A stretch of 62,462 bases of DNA, the filler included, from Nitrospinae bacterium RIFCSPLOWO2_12_FULL_45_22 (GTDB taxonomy: Bacteria; 2-12-FULL-45-22), in assembly GCA_001803565.1 (NCBI GenBank). It is 6 parts of 6 records of this genome, joined end to end, with 100 filler letters (N's around TTAATTAATTAA, not from the genome) between each part and the next. Parts side by side here need not be neighbours in the genome. Positions count along the whole stretch, not along the records: positions 13,646 to 21,555 come from MHDQ01000218.1; positions 21,656 to 34,756 come from MHDQ01000219.1; 4 more parts are not named here. One strand, 5' to 3'. A model generated the notes under the pieces. The model was not told the origin of the DNA. It did not search any database and saw nothing but the letters and a program-made list of their open reading frames with translations. Positions within the stretch are counted from its first letter, which is position 1, and every line of letters begins with the position of its first letter. Position numbers and translations under genes: made by a program. Positions 20,856-30,654 of this stretch are shown in pieces.

Positions 20856-21197
20856 GTGTTTACAATATTTGATAAAGATAAAATACCCGTTACTCTAACC
20901 AAAGAGGTATGGATCGGCAAACTACTTGATCCGGTTAAAGGACACCCAGAAGTTAAAGATTATCTCGAAGAAATTAAGCTGACCATTCAGGAACCCGATT
21001 TTATCTTCCAAAGCATTAGGGATGAGAGATCAAAGTTATTGTATAAAGGAGGTCTGACAGCCGGCAAATATAAAGATTGTTTCATTCTGGTGGTCGTGAA
21101 ATATGTAAAGGAGGCTGATCATCTCCATGGCTACATAAGTACAGTCATGCTAACCGGCCATGTTAAAAAAGGAGGAGGTCTCTTATGGCAAAGATAA
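20856..21197 (+). CDS. putative BECR/RelE-like toxin (PBECR2/DUF4258-like)
   Basis: HPEV..TIQEPDxI..LLYK..VVVKY..GYIST; overlaps DUF2283 gene; TTGACT-17-TAATAT upstream. Confidence 0.6.
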   Translation: MFTIFDKDKIPVTLTKEVWIGKLLDPVKGHPEVKDYLEEIKLTIQEPDFIFQSIRDERSKLLYKGGLTAGKYKDCFILVVVKYVKEADHLHGYISTVMLTGHVKKGGGLLWQR

Positions 21198-21427
21198 ATA
21201 AGATAATTATCGGTTATGATAGCGATGATGATATTTTGGAAATCGTTATTGGCCCTTCAGCAAAGGAAGCAATTTCTGTGGAACAAGAAGATGAAGTATT
21301 TCTCCGGATTGATCCTGAAACCAAGGAAATTGTGGGCATGACCATTTTGGGCTTCAAAAATTATCTCTTTGAGGGCCAAAAAAAGGGCAAGAAGTATCAC
21401 GAATTCATAATGACAAGTGAATCGTGA
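21185..21427 (+). CDS. DUF2283 family protein (putative antitoxin)
   Basis: YDSDDDIL..RIDPETKEIVGMTIL. Confidence 0.8.
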   Translation: MAKINKIIIGYDSDDDILEIVIGPSAKEAISVEQEDEVFLRIDPETKEIVGMTILGFKNYLFEGQKKGKKYHEFIMTSES

Positions 21428-21655
21428 CGGGTGACAGGTAAATTGTAACTGGTTTTTTCTATTCTTACCCGTTACGAGTTACTATTTACCTGTCACTGCG
21501 GCATACAGAGGGCTTTAGTCTCTTGCAAATTGAGTTTATATCCTTCATCAATGAGNNNNNNNNNNNNNNNNNNNNNNNNNNNNNNNNNNNNNNNNNNNNT
21601 TAATTAATTAANNNNNNNNNNNNNNNNNNNNNNNNNNNNNNNNNNNNNNNNNNNN

Positions 21656-22570
21656 ATTATCGGAATTGCTTTTTTAATCCATACCCGATTTGTTGATAGA
21701 CCGCTTAAAGAGATGATAACCAAGATGGAGCAAGTAGAGAAAGGGGACTTTACTGCCAAGATCCAGATAGATAGTACAGATGAGTTCGCGAGAGTGGGTC
21801 GAAGTTTTAACTCGATGATTCAAAAGCTTGATATCGCTCAAGAGATGGTGGAAAAGCATCATAGGGAACAAATGGTGCATGCGGATCGCCTGGCCTCATT
21901 AGGGGAATTAGCCAGTGGTATTGCCCATGAAATCAGGAATCCTCTCGTAGGGATAGCCAGGGCTGCTGAAACCCTTTCCAGGCAATTCCAACCTGATGAT
22001 CAGCGCTATGAGGTAACAACTCTGATAACAAAAGAGTTAGAAAGATTGGACAGAAATATTAAAACTATACTTATGTATGCCCGTCCCAAACCGGTCCATT
22101 TTTCCTTCTATAATTTGAATGAGATCATGGAAGATGCCCTTTTCCTGGCTAATCTTAACTCCCATAACTACGACATCATCATAGAGAAAGATTATGCACC
22201 TAATCTACCCAAAGTTAAAGCAGATAAAGAATTGATAGAACAGGTTTTCCTCAATATAATCCTCAATGCCATTCAGGCTATGGAAGGGAAAGGCACTCTC
22301 TGGCTCAAGATTGAAGAGGTAGAGAAGGATGGTAACCCGAGTGTCCGAATAAAGATAAAGGATACTGGTAAGGGGATGTCTGAAGAAACCATGCAGGGTA
22401 TCTTTAAACCCTTTTTTACGACCAAGTCCCAGGGGACGGGGTTGGGACTCTCTATTGTCCGGAATACTATTGAGCAGCACCATGGGTCTATTTCAGTAGA
22501 AAGTAAACTCCATCAGGGAACAACCTTCACTATTAGTCTTCCTCAGAATCAAGATACACAATCAGAGTAA
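21656..22570 (+). CDS. HAMP-domain sensor histidine kinase, 5'-truncated
   Basis: Frame open from contig edge; HAMP, AHEIRNPL H-box, NAIQAM, DTGKG, GTGLGL. Confidence 0.95.
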   Translation: MIGIAFLIHTRFVDRPLKEMITKMEQVEKGDFTAKIQIDSTDEFARVGRSFNSMIQKLDIAQEMVEKHHREQMVHADRLASLGELASGIAHEIRNPLVGIARAAETLSRQFQPDDQRYEVTTLITKELERLDRNIKTILMYARPKPVHFSFYNLNEIMEDALFLANLNSHNYDIIIEKDYAPNLPKVKADKELIEQVFLNIILNAIQAMEGKGTLWLKIEEVEKDGNPSVRIKIKDTGKGMSEETMQGIFKPFFTTKSQGTGLGLSIVRNTIEQHHGSISVESKLHQGTTFTISLPQNQDTQSE

Positions 22571-22583
22571 GCCCCCACACTAA

Positions 22584-22598
22584 TGGCACAATAATTGC
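22584..22598 (+). promoter_or_regulatory. sigma54 -24/-12 promoter
   Basis: TGGCAC-AATAA-TTGC, consensus match, about 65 nt before the HD-GYP gene. Confidence 0.8.
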
Positions 22599-22662
22599 TC
22601 TTATAATTAATCTTGGGTGAGAACAATCCCTAACCATATACCTGCGTTAATCCAATAGGTCC

Positions 22663-23964
22663 ATGATGCCATCATCAGAGATTAAGGAAAAGGATTCAAT
22701 CAGATTAAGATCGAACACCTATTTTATCTTGAGTCTGATCTGTGGAGTATCCTTTCTTCTTCTCCTCACTCTGAGTGGACCGTTATATTTTCGATATAAG
22801 ATTCCTTATCCTGGCTTCAGCTCCTTTCTTTCTGGGGTTATCTTACTCTCAGTTAACTTAGCCATTCTTTTTGGGATAGTGGGGGTCATGCAATCCCGTC
22901 TCCAGAGAAAGATAGCATCATGGGAAGAGACCTTAGGAAAATCTATCAAAATACAGGAAGGAGAGTTTAAGGATCGACAGGCTACTCTCCTTCAGATGAT
23001 AAGGTTTCTGGTAGGCTTTATCGAATCAAAAGACCCTTATCGAGGGGGGCATAGTGAGCGGGTATGCCAGTATGCCCTAAAAATAGCCGAAAGTCTCGGT
23101 ATTACAAACGGACGGGAGTTGAATGATTTAGTATATGCCTGCTATTTGCATGATTTGGGCCGGATTTTTATTCCAAGACATGTTTGGGATAAGCCCGGGG
23201 AGCTCACCCAAGAGGACTATCAGCAAATTAAACAGCACCCCGTCTTTGGGGAGACAGTGCTCTCAACATTACCTGGGCTTGTGACCATAGCGCAATTTGT
23301 CCGCCACCATCATGAGAGAGAAGACGGGTTGGGCTATCCTGATAGCCTATCCGGAAATGCCCTTCCTCTAATCCCTAAAATTATTGCGGTAGCCAATGCC
23401 TATGATGCTATGAGCAGCTTGCGTCCCTACCGTCCTCCTTTTCCTCCCGAGGTTGCCCAGGAGGAGTTGAGGCGCTGTTCAGGGCTAGATTTTAACGCAG
23501 ATATAATGAGTAAATATGGTTTTAAGAGCCAAAGTGAGAGGAGATTTGACCCCCATGTTGTCACTGCTTTTCTTGGAAATGGTAAAAAAATATGGGGGAT
23601 ATCCAAAAAAAAGATAATGGTAGTGGATGATAATTATCTAACCTGTTGGTCCCTGGCCACTATCATGACAAGGGAAGGTTATGAGGTAACAACGGCAGAA
23701 AATGGGATCGAGGCCCTGGAAAAGATTAGAGAAAGAAGTGTTGATATGGTGATTACGGACTTAATCATGCCTGAGATGGACGGCTTTGAGTTGATGGAAG
23801 AAGTCAAAAAAATATCCCCTGCTGTTCCCGTGGTAATTATGACTTGCTATTACCTTCCCGAGAATGCCCGGGAAGCCAAACAAAAGGGTGCATTTGAATT
23901 TGTTGAAAAACCCTTAAAACCAGAGAAATTACAAGAGATTATCCGGAAGGCCCTTCCTGCCTAG
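22663..23964 (+). CDS. membrane HD-GYP domain protein with C-terminal receiver domain
   Basis: Two TM helices, GHSERV, HDLG, HHEREDGLGYP, then VVDD..TDLIMPEMDG..EKP. Confidence 0.9.
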   Translation: MMPSSEIKEKDSIRLRSNTYFILSLICGVSFLLLLTLSGPLYFRYKIPYPGFSSFLSGVILLSVNLAILFGIVGVMQSRLQRKIASWEETLGKSIKIQEGEFKDRQATLLQMIRFLVGFIESKDPYRGGHSERVCQYALKIAESLGITNGRELNDLVYACYLHDLGRIFIPRHVWDKPGELTQEDYQQIKQHPVFGETVLSTLPGLVTIAQFVRHHHEREDGLGYPDSLSGNALPLIPKIIAVANAYDAMSSLRPYRPPFPPEVAQEELRRCSGLDFNADIMSKYGFKSQSERRFDPHVVTAFLGNGKKIWGISKKKIMVVDDNYLTCWSLATIMTREGYEVTTAENGIEALEKIRERSVDMVITDLIMPEMDGFELMEEVKKISPAVPVVIMTCYYLPENAREAKQKGAFEFVEKPLKPEKLQEIIRKALPA

Positions 23965-24049
23965 TTTTGTCCTACTTCTCTAAATTTTTCTCTCCCGTTC
24001 ATTTAATCCTTATTATACCCGAAAAATGCAATTCTTTTTTCAAGCTCAG

Positions 24050-24112
24050 GTAGGGCAAGCCTTTAGGCTTGCTTCGGCGAATATTTCCCGCAAGGCTGAA
24101 GCCTTGCCCTAC
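24050..24112. repeat. GTAG-type REP doublet
   Basis: GTAGGGCAAGCCTTTAGGCTTGC..GCAAGGCTGAAGCCTTGCCCTAC; similar singlets near 2805, 31176, 56787. Confidence 0.75.
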
Positions 24113-24275
24113 AACTATTTGAGGCCATATCCGCATTTTTCGAATATAGTGAACGTACTAAATAATCGGACTCTTCTAATTGATAAGGGGTGCTTTTTTA
24201 TTTATAATAAACTCAAATTACGATTTACCATTTACCATTAACCCAAAATAAGGGGGTTGTCCCCATATTAATCTC

Positions 24276-25667
24276 ATGGCAGAGACCGGTAAGATATTGG
24301 TGGTAGATGATGACAGCCTGGTCGTCTGGTCCTTCAAAGAAGATCTGACCAGTTTGGGCTACCAGGTAAATACGGCCCAGAAGGGCCTGGAGGCTATAGA
24401 AAAAACCAGAGCCGACGTGCCTGATTTGATCCTGCTGGATTTAAAATTGCCCGATATATCAGGACTGGAAGTATTGCGGAGGTTAAGGGAGCGGTATCCC
24501 AACATAAACGTTATTATCATAACGGCTTATGGTGGCGTAGATACGGCCGTAGAAGCGATGAAACTAGGGGCCAGGGACTATATAGATAAAGCCATAAAGA
24601 TAGAGGAATTGGCCCATAAGATTTCTAAAGCCATGAGAGATACGCGAATAAGGCATGAATATTTTTACCAGAAAGAGCTGCTGAAGACGCGTTTTGGCCT
24701 GGAAGATATTATTGGGAAAGGTCCAAAATTTTTGGAAGTTTTAGAATCAGTAAACCAGTTGGCCGAGGTTAATGCGACCGTCCTTATCCTGGGCGAGAGC
24801 GGTGTGGGAAAAGATTTGATTGCTTATACTATTCACCGGAAGAGCCCCTGGGCTGGGGGTACTTTTTTAGAAATAAACTGTTCGGCTTTACCCGATACGC
24901 TATTAGAGAATGAGCTCTTCGGCCATGAGCGAGGTGCCTACACGGATGCCAGAGAACAGAGAAAGGGTCTTTTTGAATCGGCCAAAGATGGTACCCTGTT
25001 TCTGGATGAGATAGGGGACATGTCCCTGGCTATGCAAGCTAAGATTATCAAGGCCATAGAGACCAAGACCATAAGAAGATTAGGGTCCGCTAAAGAGGTA
25101 AAGACCAATGTCCGCATAATTGCCGCTACCAATAAAGACATAGAATCTTTAATGGCAGAAGGGAAATTCAGGGAAGACCTTTATTACCGCCTGAAGACCT
25201 TCCAGATTGTCCTTCCGCCTTTACGGGAGCGGCAAGAAGACATCCCTTTATTGGTAAACCATTTTGTGGAGGTTTATAATAAAGAGCATAAATTAATGAT
25301 AAACGGTGTTTCGGAAGAGGCCATGTCCCTTATGATGAGTTATCATTGGCCAGGAAATGTGAGGGAATTAAGAAATGTTGTCGAAAGGGGAATAATAATA
25401 GCCAAAAGTGGCATAATAATTCCTGCCCATCTTCCCAAAGAAATGGTACATCTCAATGGGGTGGATACGGAAAAGAAATCTATTTTACCTCAGAGGCCTA
25501 CCCATGATGTCCCCTTAGCCGAAATAGAGAAGACCATGATTCAAAACGCCTTAGAGAAGGCTAAAGGAAAACGGGGCGAGGCAGCCCGCCTTTTAGGCAT
25601 TAGCCGGCATACACTCCGGTACCGGATGAAAAAATACAAACNNNNNNNNNNATACAAACTGAATTAG
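24276..25667 (+). CDS. sigma54-dependent response regulator (NtrC/AtoC family)
   Basis: REC, GESGVGK, ELFGHERGAYTDA, FLDEIG, WPGNVREL, Fis HTH; exact end obscured by Ns. Confidence 0.95.
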   Translation: MAETGKILVVDDDSLVVWSFKEDLTSLGYQVNTAQKGLEAIEKTRADVPDLILLDLKLPDISGLEVLRRLRERYPNINVIIITAYGGVDTAVEAMKLGARDYIDKAIKIEELAHKISKAMRDTRIRHEYFYQKELLKTRFGLEDIIGKGPKFLEVLESVNQLAEVNATVLILGESGVGKDLIAYTIHRKSPWAGGTFLEINCSALPDTLLENELFGHERGAYTDAREQRKGLFESAKDGTLFLDEIGDMSLAMQAKIIKAIETKTIRRLGSAKEVKTNVRIIAATNKDIESLMAEGKFREDLYYRLKTFQIVLPPLRERQEDIPLLVNHFVEVYNKEHKLMINGVSEEAMSLMMSYHWPGNVRELRNVVERGIIIAKSGIIIPAHLPKEMVHLNGVDTEKKSILPQRPTHDVPLAEIEKTMIQNALEKAKGKRGEAARLLGISRHTLRYRMKKYKXXXXYKLN

Positions 25668-25749
25668 ACAGGATTTACCGGATAGAGGATTTATTATTTG
25701 GCTTAACTTTTGTTTCAATTATATTCAGGACGCAGATTTGCGCAGATAA

Positions 25750-25968
25750 CTACTTTCTAAAATTGGAAAATGCTTTCCGCTTAGTCTCTGGTTTAGGTCC
25801 AAAATTGAGTAAAATTCCAACTTCTATCTTGGTTGCTTTTAGATAATTTAAAAGCTGTGCCTCATGCTCATCAAAGCCATAGCCTAGTTTGTTATAAACT
25901 TTATAAAAGGTTCCAATGATCTTTTCCGTTAATTCTTTATATTGAAAATCTTGAAAATCTGCGTTCAT
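25750..25968 (-). pseudogene. GxxExxY (PD-(D/E)xK) protein with in-frame internal deletion, flanked by inverted repeats
   Basis: LTEKIIG..VYNKLGYGF joined directly to HEAQLLNYLKAT..GILLNFG; IRs at 25728-25747 and 25957-25976. Confidence 0.85.
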
Positions 25969-26002
25969 CTGCGTCCAAAACGAAAATTACTATGCTACAA
26001 AT

Positions 26003-26425
26003 TTATTTCAGTTCCTGAAGGTTTTTGTGGCAGGAGAAACAGAAAAGCTGACCCGGCATTGTGCGTCTTAGAAAGCTGGTTTTCTGTCTACCTTCCGTGT
26101 TGATAAACCCTTCGTGAAAGGTATGACAGGTAATACAGGCGATTTTACCATCTTTATCCAGGGGCATATCGGCCGGAACAGGCATCGATGGGACAACCTT
26201 TATGGGGTGAGAAAAATGGCTATGCGCCTGATGGCATTCCATGCAAGCCCTATTGACCGTTTCCGTAAAGAAAATCTGGTGTCCAGCAAAGGGTAACCGC
26301 TCATGACACTGGAGACAGCCTATCATCACAATATCATCGTGAACCCCGAGGCTATACCCTGCATTTTCTGAAAGATAGAGGAGCCCGAGCAAAAATAGGG
26401 CTATGCCATATAAGCTGAATCTCAT
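26003..26425 (-). CDS. small tetraheme cytochrome c
   Basis: Signal peptide; CLQCH, CMECH, CITCH, CFSCH; SHP..MPL linker. Confidence 0.9.
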   Translation of the reverse strand: MRFSLYGIALFLLGLLYLSENAGYSLGVHDDIVMIGCLQCHERLPFAGHQIFFTETVNRACMECHQAHSHFSHPIKVVPSMPVPADMPLDKDGKIACITCHTFHEGFINTEGRQKTSFLRRTMPGQLFCFSCHKNLQELK

Positions 26426-27006
26426 CTATTAAATATCTTCAATCCATCTTCGAAGGCCCTAATATCCTCCATCGCCTTCTTTTGTGTGTGGACCAGGATA
26501 TCAGGCTTCCCCGATGCTTTTTCCATTTCTATGATGGATTTGGTGAGAGCCTGTGAGAGGTGTTTTAAATCTAAAAATCTTTTCCTGAAACCCTCAACCA
26601 TAATGTTCAATTCCGCTGCAAAATCTTTGAATTCGTCTTTGCCCCTCAAGATGATAGAAAAACTCAGATCCCCTTGAGATATCCTGTATAGATCAGTCCT
26701 GATTCTATGCAAAGGGCCAGTGATGGTCCAGAAGATTAGTATCGTGGCAAAAATAAACACGAGAAAAACAAAAAAAAGGGCAAAAAGATTGGCATACAGT
26801 ATTTCGCTGAAAAGGAGCTGGCCGGTTGATTCGGTAAAGATATGGATCTTATACTGCATTTGATCGAGCTTCCTGTATGCCAGAAAATTAAATAACCCTA
26901 TGGCCAGAACCCCACCTAGGGCGGCGACCAGGGAAAACTTCAGGACAAATTTACCCTGAAAGCCCTTCTTTATGAAGTAATTTCTCCTTTTATACGGCTT
27001 TTTCAT
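26422..27006 (-). CDS. 2TM HAMP-domain membrane protein
   Basis: RRNYFIKKGFQ, two TM helices, GPLHR..GDL..LRGKDEF. Confidence 0.85.
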   Translation of the reverse strand: MKKPYKRRNYFIKKGFQGKFVLKFSLVAALGGVLAIGLFNFLAYRKLDQMQYKIHIFTESTGQLLFSEILYANLFALFFVFLVFIFATILIFWTITGPLHRIRTDLYRISQGDLSFSIILRGKDEFKDFAAELNIMVEGFRKRFLDLKHLSQALTKSIIEMEKASGKPDILVHTQKKAMEDIRAFEDGLKIFNR

Positions 27007-27011
27007 ACCTT

Positions 27012-27108
27012 GTAACCTTTCAGCCACAGGGACACGGAGCCACAGAGAAACCATTCATCTCAGTGACTCTGGGTCTCTGTGGCAAATGTTTTCCTACTGA
27101 ATGGTTAT
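27012..27108. mobile_element. GTAAC-type MITE with perfect 8-bp target duplication
   Basis: CATACCTT at 27004-27011 and 27109-27116; ends GTAACCTTTCAG / CTGAATGGTTAT; internal 9-mer inverted arrays. Confidence 0.9.
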
Positions 27109-27674
27109 CATACCTTGATGCCTGAGAGGATTCTGCTAATATCTTCTGCCTTCTCAGCAGCATCATCAATCACTCGCTGTGCTTCTTCAGATGTTCCTCT
27201 CACCGTTAAAGCTTCCGTTTTCTGGGAGATTTCCTTTAACGCATGGATTCCTCTTTCCAATTGCTGAATGATCTCGCTGTAGTTTCTGGTTATATCATTT
27301 AAAGCATCAGCCAATGGGTGGATTACATCCTTCTCTCTTAAGTGGACTTTTACTCTGAGGTCTCCCTCGGCAATGATTTTGGCGGTTAACCCGAGCCGGT
27401 AAATAGGCCCCGCTACCCTGTGAGAATACAGAAGGGTCATAACTGCTACGCCGATCAGGAAGAAAGAAGTAGCAGAATAGACCATAATGGTCTTATATAA
27501 CAGTTCCTGTTTAAGCTTTGCAATCAGTTCCAGGCTTTCTTTATAGGAAGGTCCAAATTCTTCATAAATGGCAAGATAAAATACCGCCACTGTCATAATA
27601 GCCCCGGCAGTTATGATTAAAAGGGACTTGAGAGCGAGTTTATAGGGAAAGGACCTGGAAATAATCTCCTTCAT
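27108..27674 (-). CDS. 2TM HAMP-domain membrane protein
   Basis: SHRVAGPIYR..GDL..LREKD; GAGG upstream of ATG 27674. Confidence 0.85.
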   Translation of the reverse strand: MKEIISRSFPYKLALKSLLIITAGAIMTVAVFYLAIYEEFGPSYKESLELIAKLKQELLYKTIMVYSATSFFLIGVAVMTLLYSHRVAGPIYRLGLTAKIIAEGDLRVKVHLREKDVIHPLADALNDITRNYSEIIQQLERGIHALKEISQKTEALTVRGTSEEAQRVIDDAAEKAEDISRILSGIKV

Positions 27675-27675
27675 A

Positions 27676-28983
27676 TTATTGTACCTCAACCACAATGCTG
27701 TCACATGTCGCGTATGCGGGATTGTAGACCCCGTTCAGGTTCCTATCCAGACAGAGATAGAATGTAAGGTCAATTGCGGGAAACCCTGCGGTACTACTAA
27801 AGATCGGCCAAACAATATCATTCAGGACAGCGGGTACGGTGAAGCTATTGAGCAGCGGGGCTATCTCTGTATAGGCACTAACTTGCCGCACGCCGCCGGT
27901 AATATCCAGGGAGAATTTCAAGTCCCTGCCTTGCAATCGGGTCTCTACCCAGGCAAAGACCTCTGTGGCCGCCTCTCGCCAGTAAGTGTTTGACTGGATG
28001 TCAAAACTTAGTGTGATCGGCCCGGGGATGGCAACAGACTTGCTGGTGGCACCATTCTCAAAGACGAAAATATCCGGCTTAAAGACCACCACCCGGTCAT
28101 TGAAGCTATCCGCTACATAAACATTGCTGCCCCAGTCAACCGTCAGACCTGTCGGGTTACTGAGGGTATCAGCGCCCCATTCCGCAAAAGTCCCATCAGG
28201 AGATAGCTTCTGTATCCGGTCATTTCCCGTATCGGCCACATAGATGGTGCCGTCCGGCCCGATCGCTATCCCTTCCGGCGCACTGAATTCTAAAGGGCCG
28301 GAACCCTCTGACCCACCGGCAGCTATGAATAGCCCCTTTGGGTCAAAAAGCTGAACCCTATTGTTATCGGTATCTACCACAAAGACATTGCCAGACCTAT
28401 CAGTGGCCACATCTTTCGGGAAACGGAGATCTCCCTCTTCATTGCCCCCACTGCCCCAGGCGGTTATAAAAGTTCCATTAGCATCAAATTTCTGTATCCT
28501 GTGATTGTCCGTATCTGCCACATAAACCGAGCCATCCGGCCCAACTGCGATACCTGAGGGGGCGTCAAATTGCCCGTTGCCATCGCCGCTAGAGCCCCAT
28601 TCCGACAGCAACGCACCGGTTGGGGAGAATCTGAGCACCTTGTCAAAGAAATTGGTGACATAATATAGGTCTCCACCGCTATTGGCCGCTATACCCTGGG
28701 GGAAGAAGTTTGTGGGGGTCCATTGAGACAAGAAATTCCCGAAAGGATCGAATCTGAGTATCCTCGTGTTTGATGAGTCCGCGATATAGAACGTCCCATC
28801 AGGGGCAATAGCCACATCAGTCGGGCCGGTAAGAGAGCCAAAGGCCCCGGTCTCGAACTCTTTTAATATGGAATAAGTCTCTGCACCTGCTACAGCGGCT
28901 ATGGCCAGTAAGAAAAAGCCACCTAAGATTACAGATTTCAGGCTTGCTTTACAGCTTTGTAGCGCTCCCTGTTTCTCGTTCAT
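27676..28983 (-). CDS. exported NHL-repeat beta-propeller protein with C-terminal extension
   Basis: Six P-x-G-I-A..YVADTxNxRIQ repeats after a signal peptide. Confidence 0.92.
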   Translation of the reverse strand: MNEKQGALQSCKASLKSVILGGFFLLAIAAVAGAETYSILKEFETGAFGSLTGPTDVAIAPDGTFYIADSSNTRILRFDPFGNFLSQWTPTNFFPQGIAANSGGDLYYVTNFFDKVLRFSPTGALLSEWGSSGDGNGQFDAPSGIAVGPDGSVYVADTDNHRIQKFDANGTFITAWGSGGNEEGDLRFPKDVATDRSGNVFVVDTDNNRVQLFDPKGLFIAAGGSEGSGPLEFSAPEGIAIGPDGTIYVADTGNDRIQKLSPDGTFAEWGADTLSNPTGLTVDWGSNVYVADSFNDRVVVFKPDIFVFENGATSKSVAIPGPITLSFDIQSNTYWREAATEVFAWVETRLQGRDLKFSLDITGGVRQVSAYTEIAPLLNSFTVPAVLNDIVWPIFSSTAGFPAIDLTFYLCLDRNLNGVYNPAYATCDSIVVEVQ

Positions 28984-29088
28984 CCTAACCCTCCTTTTCC
29001 TCTACCTTCCCCTCCAGATAGGCTACCCTCTCCTCTAATGTAGCTGCCATCCAAGACCTCCCGTTAACCATTTACCCGTATAGGCAGC

Positions 29089-29649
29089 TCAGAATATCGC
29101 CTTTAATCCCACCTCAAAACCAGGCAGGATGATAGACCCTATCTCACCCTCTTCTATTGCCTTTCCCACAAGGACAAACTCATTGCCCCGGTTCTCATAT
29201 AGCTCAATACTCCTCTCCCCCGGGTCAACTATCCAATACTCCTTCACCCCATGCCTGGCATAAATAGCCTTCTTATGCCTTAAATCATAGTAGGCCGTAG
29301 AGGGAGATAGGATCTCTACCACCAGATCAGGTGCACCTTCGACTTTATCCTCTTTTATTATATCAAGCCGTTCTTTTGCGATAAAGATAAGATCGGGCTG
29401 ATAGGTCTCCCCCTCTTCCAGATAGACATCAATAGGAGCAAAAAATACTTTACCTAACTGGTTTTTACGTTCTACATATTCATAGAGCATGAACTCAAGC
29501 CGCTTTAACACTTCTTGATGATATGGCGTGGGAGAAGGTGTCATGATGAGCTGTCCTCCAATCAATTGGTATGGTGCCCCTTCGGGTAGCTTGGCATAAT
29601 CTTCATAGGTATAAGATAGCCTTTTCGGGATCGTCTTTAACACGGCCAT
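29089..29649 (-). CDS. Uma2 family endonuclease
   Basis: PSPTPYHQ, QPDL, GAPDLVVEILSPST, GVKEYWIVDP. Confidence 0.95.
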   Translation of the reverse strand: MAVLKTIPKRLSYTYEDYAKLPEGAPYQLIGGQLIMTPSPTPYHQEVLKRLEFMLYEYVERKNQLGKVFFAPIDVYLEEGETYQPDLIFIAKERLDIIKEDKVEGAPDLVVEILSPSTAYYDLRHKKAIYARHGVKEYWIVDPGERSIELYENRGNEFVLVGKAIEEGEIGSIILPGFEVGLKAIF

Positions 29650-29669
29650 AACCTGTTTAGCCCTCCTTT

Positions 29670-29849
29670 GTAGCTGCCATCCAAATGCTCCTTTATTAGG
29701 CGGTATTTCTCAGATACAACCCAGACTATACCTGAAAAGATATTGGGTGTCAACGGAATGAAAGCTTATGGGGTACTTCCTGGAATTACTATTCACTATT
29801 TACCATTAACTCATTAAGTGGTGGATCGAAGACTCCCCCTGGCAGCCAC
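29670..29849. repeat. MITE-like element with GTAGCTGCCA/TGGCAGCCAC ends; shorter relative at 29040-29090
   Basis: GTAGCTGCCATCCAA occurs on both sides of the Uma2 gene; no target duplication seen. Confidence 0.55.
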
Positions 29850-29891
29850 AAAATAAGCAAAATAAGGGGGTTGTCTCCATATTTCTGTCCC

Positions 29892-30263
29892 TTAAGCTTT
29901 AATGATCCTCCTCGCAAATTCCAGGACGGTTCTTATAGCCTCCTCCGGATTATCGCTTAAATTACTCTCTACCACATTTTCCTGGGCTTTATCATGGAAA
30001 TGTTTTGGATAGGTTTGGAGCTTCTTAGCTTCACGGTCAGGCAAGTTATTATATCGATATATTGTTCCATCAACTTCTCTTCTTTCCCAATGATAGGCAT
30101 ATACTCCTTTTTTCTTCACTGAAAGCCAAATATCCATAAAAGTCTCATCCTTAAATAAAAGCCGTAATTTTCCTTCCATCACAGTTATGCCTTCTACAAT
30201 ATCTCCAAAATCGCTTACGGCGATCTGTCTAAATTGGGAATAAATTTTGTCTCTGGATATCAT
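29892..30263 (-). CDS. DUF6516 family putative toxin
   Basis: YAYHW..RYNNLP..TYPKHFH. Confidence 0.75.
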   Translation of the reverse strand: MISRDKIYSQFRQIAVSDFGDIVEGITVMEGKLRLLFKDETFMDIWLSVKKKGVYAYHWERREVDGTIYRYNNLPDREAKKLQTYPKHFHDKAQENVVESNLSDNPEEAIRTVLEFARRIIKA

Positions 30264-30265
30264 TA

Positions 30266-30547
30266 CTAAGTTGCCTTCTGCAATAATTTGGCAACTTTTT
30301 CCTTTTCTAACTCAAGATACTCGATCCTGCCCAAATCATCAAAACACTCCCCCTCGGTTACCTCACCGGCCTCAAGTTTTTTCCATAGCCCCTCAAATGA
30401 ATCCACACCATAGCGGTTTGATAATTTCTTTATTTCTATAGATAAATTTTTTAATTCTACTTCCAGATAGCGCCTGATTCCTTCTTCAACCAACCGTTTT
30501 TTAGGGATCTTTAATTCCTTCTCAACCATTTGTATTAGGCTCGGCAT
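30266..30547 (-). CDS. putative antitoxin partner of DUF6516 protein
   Basis: Small helical ORF 2 nt upstream of the toxin; RYGVDSFE..GEV..DD pattern. Confidence 0.65.
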   Translation of the reverse strand: MPSLIQMVEKELKIPKKRLVEEGIRRYLEVELKNLSIEIKKLSNRYGVDSFEGLWKKLEAGEVTEGECFDDLGRIEYLELEKEKVAKLLQKAT

Positions 30548-30654
30548 TTAATCCCACCCCCATTTACTCATATGATTTTACTAACAAAGATTTGTATTTA
30601 TGATTCAATAATAGCTTTTTGAGTTCTATTGGTCAACCAGGTTAGAAAACCCTC

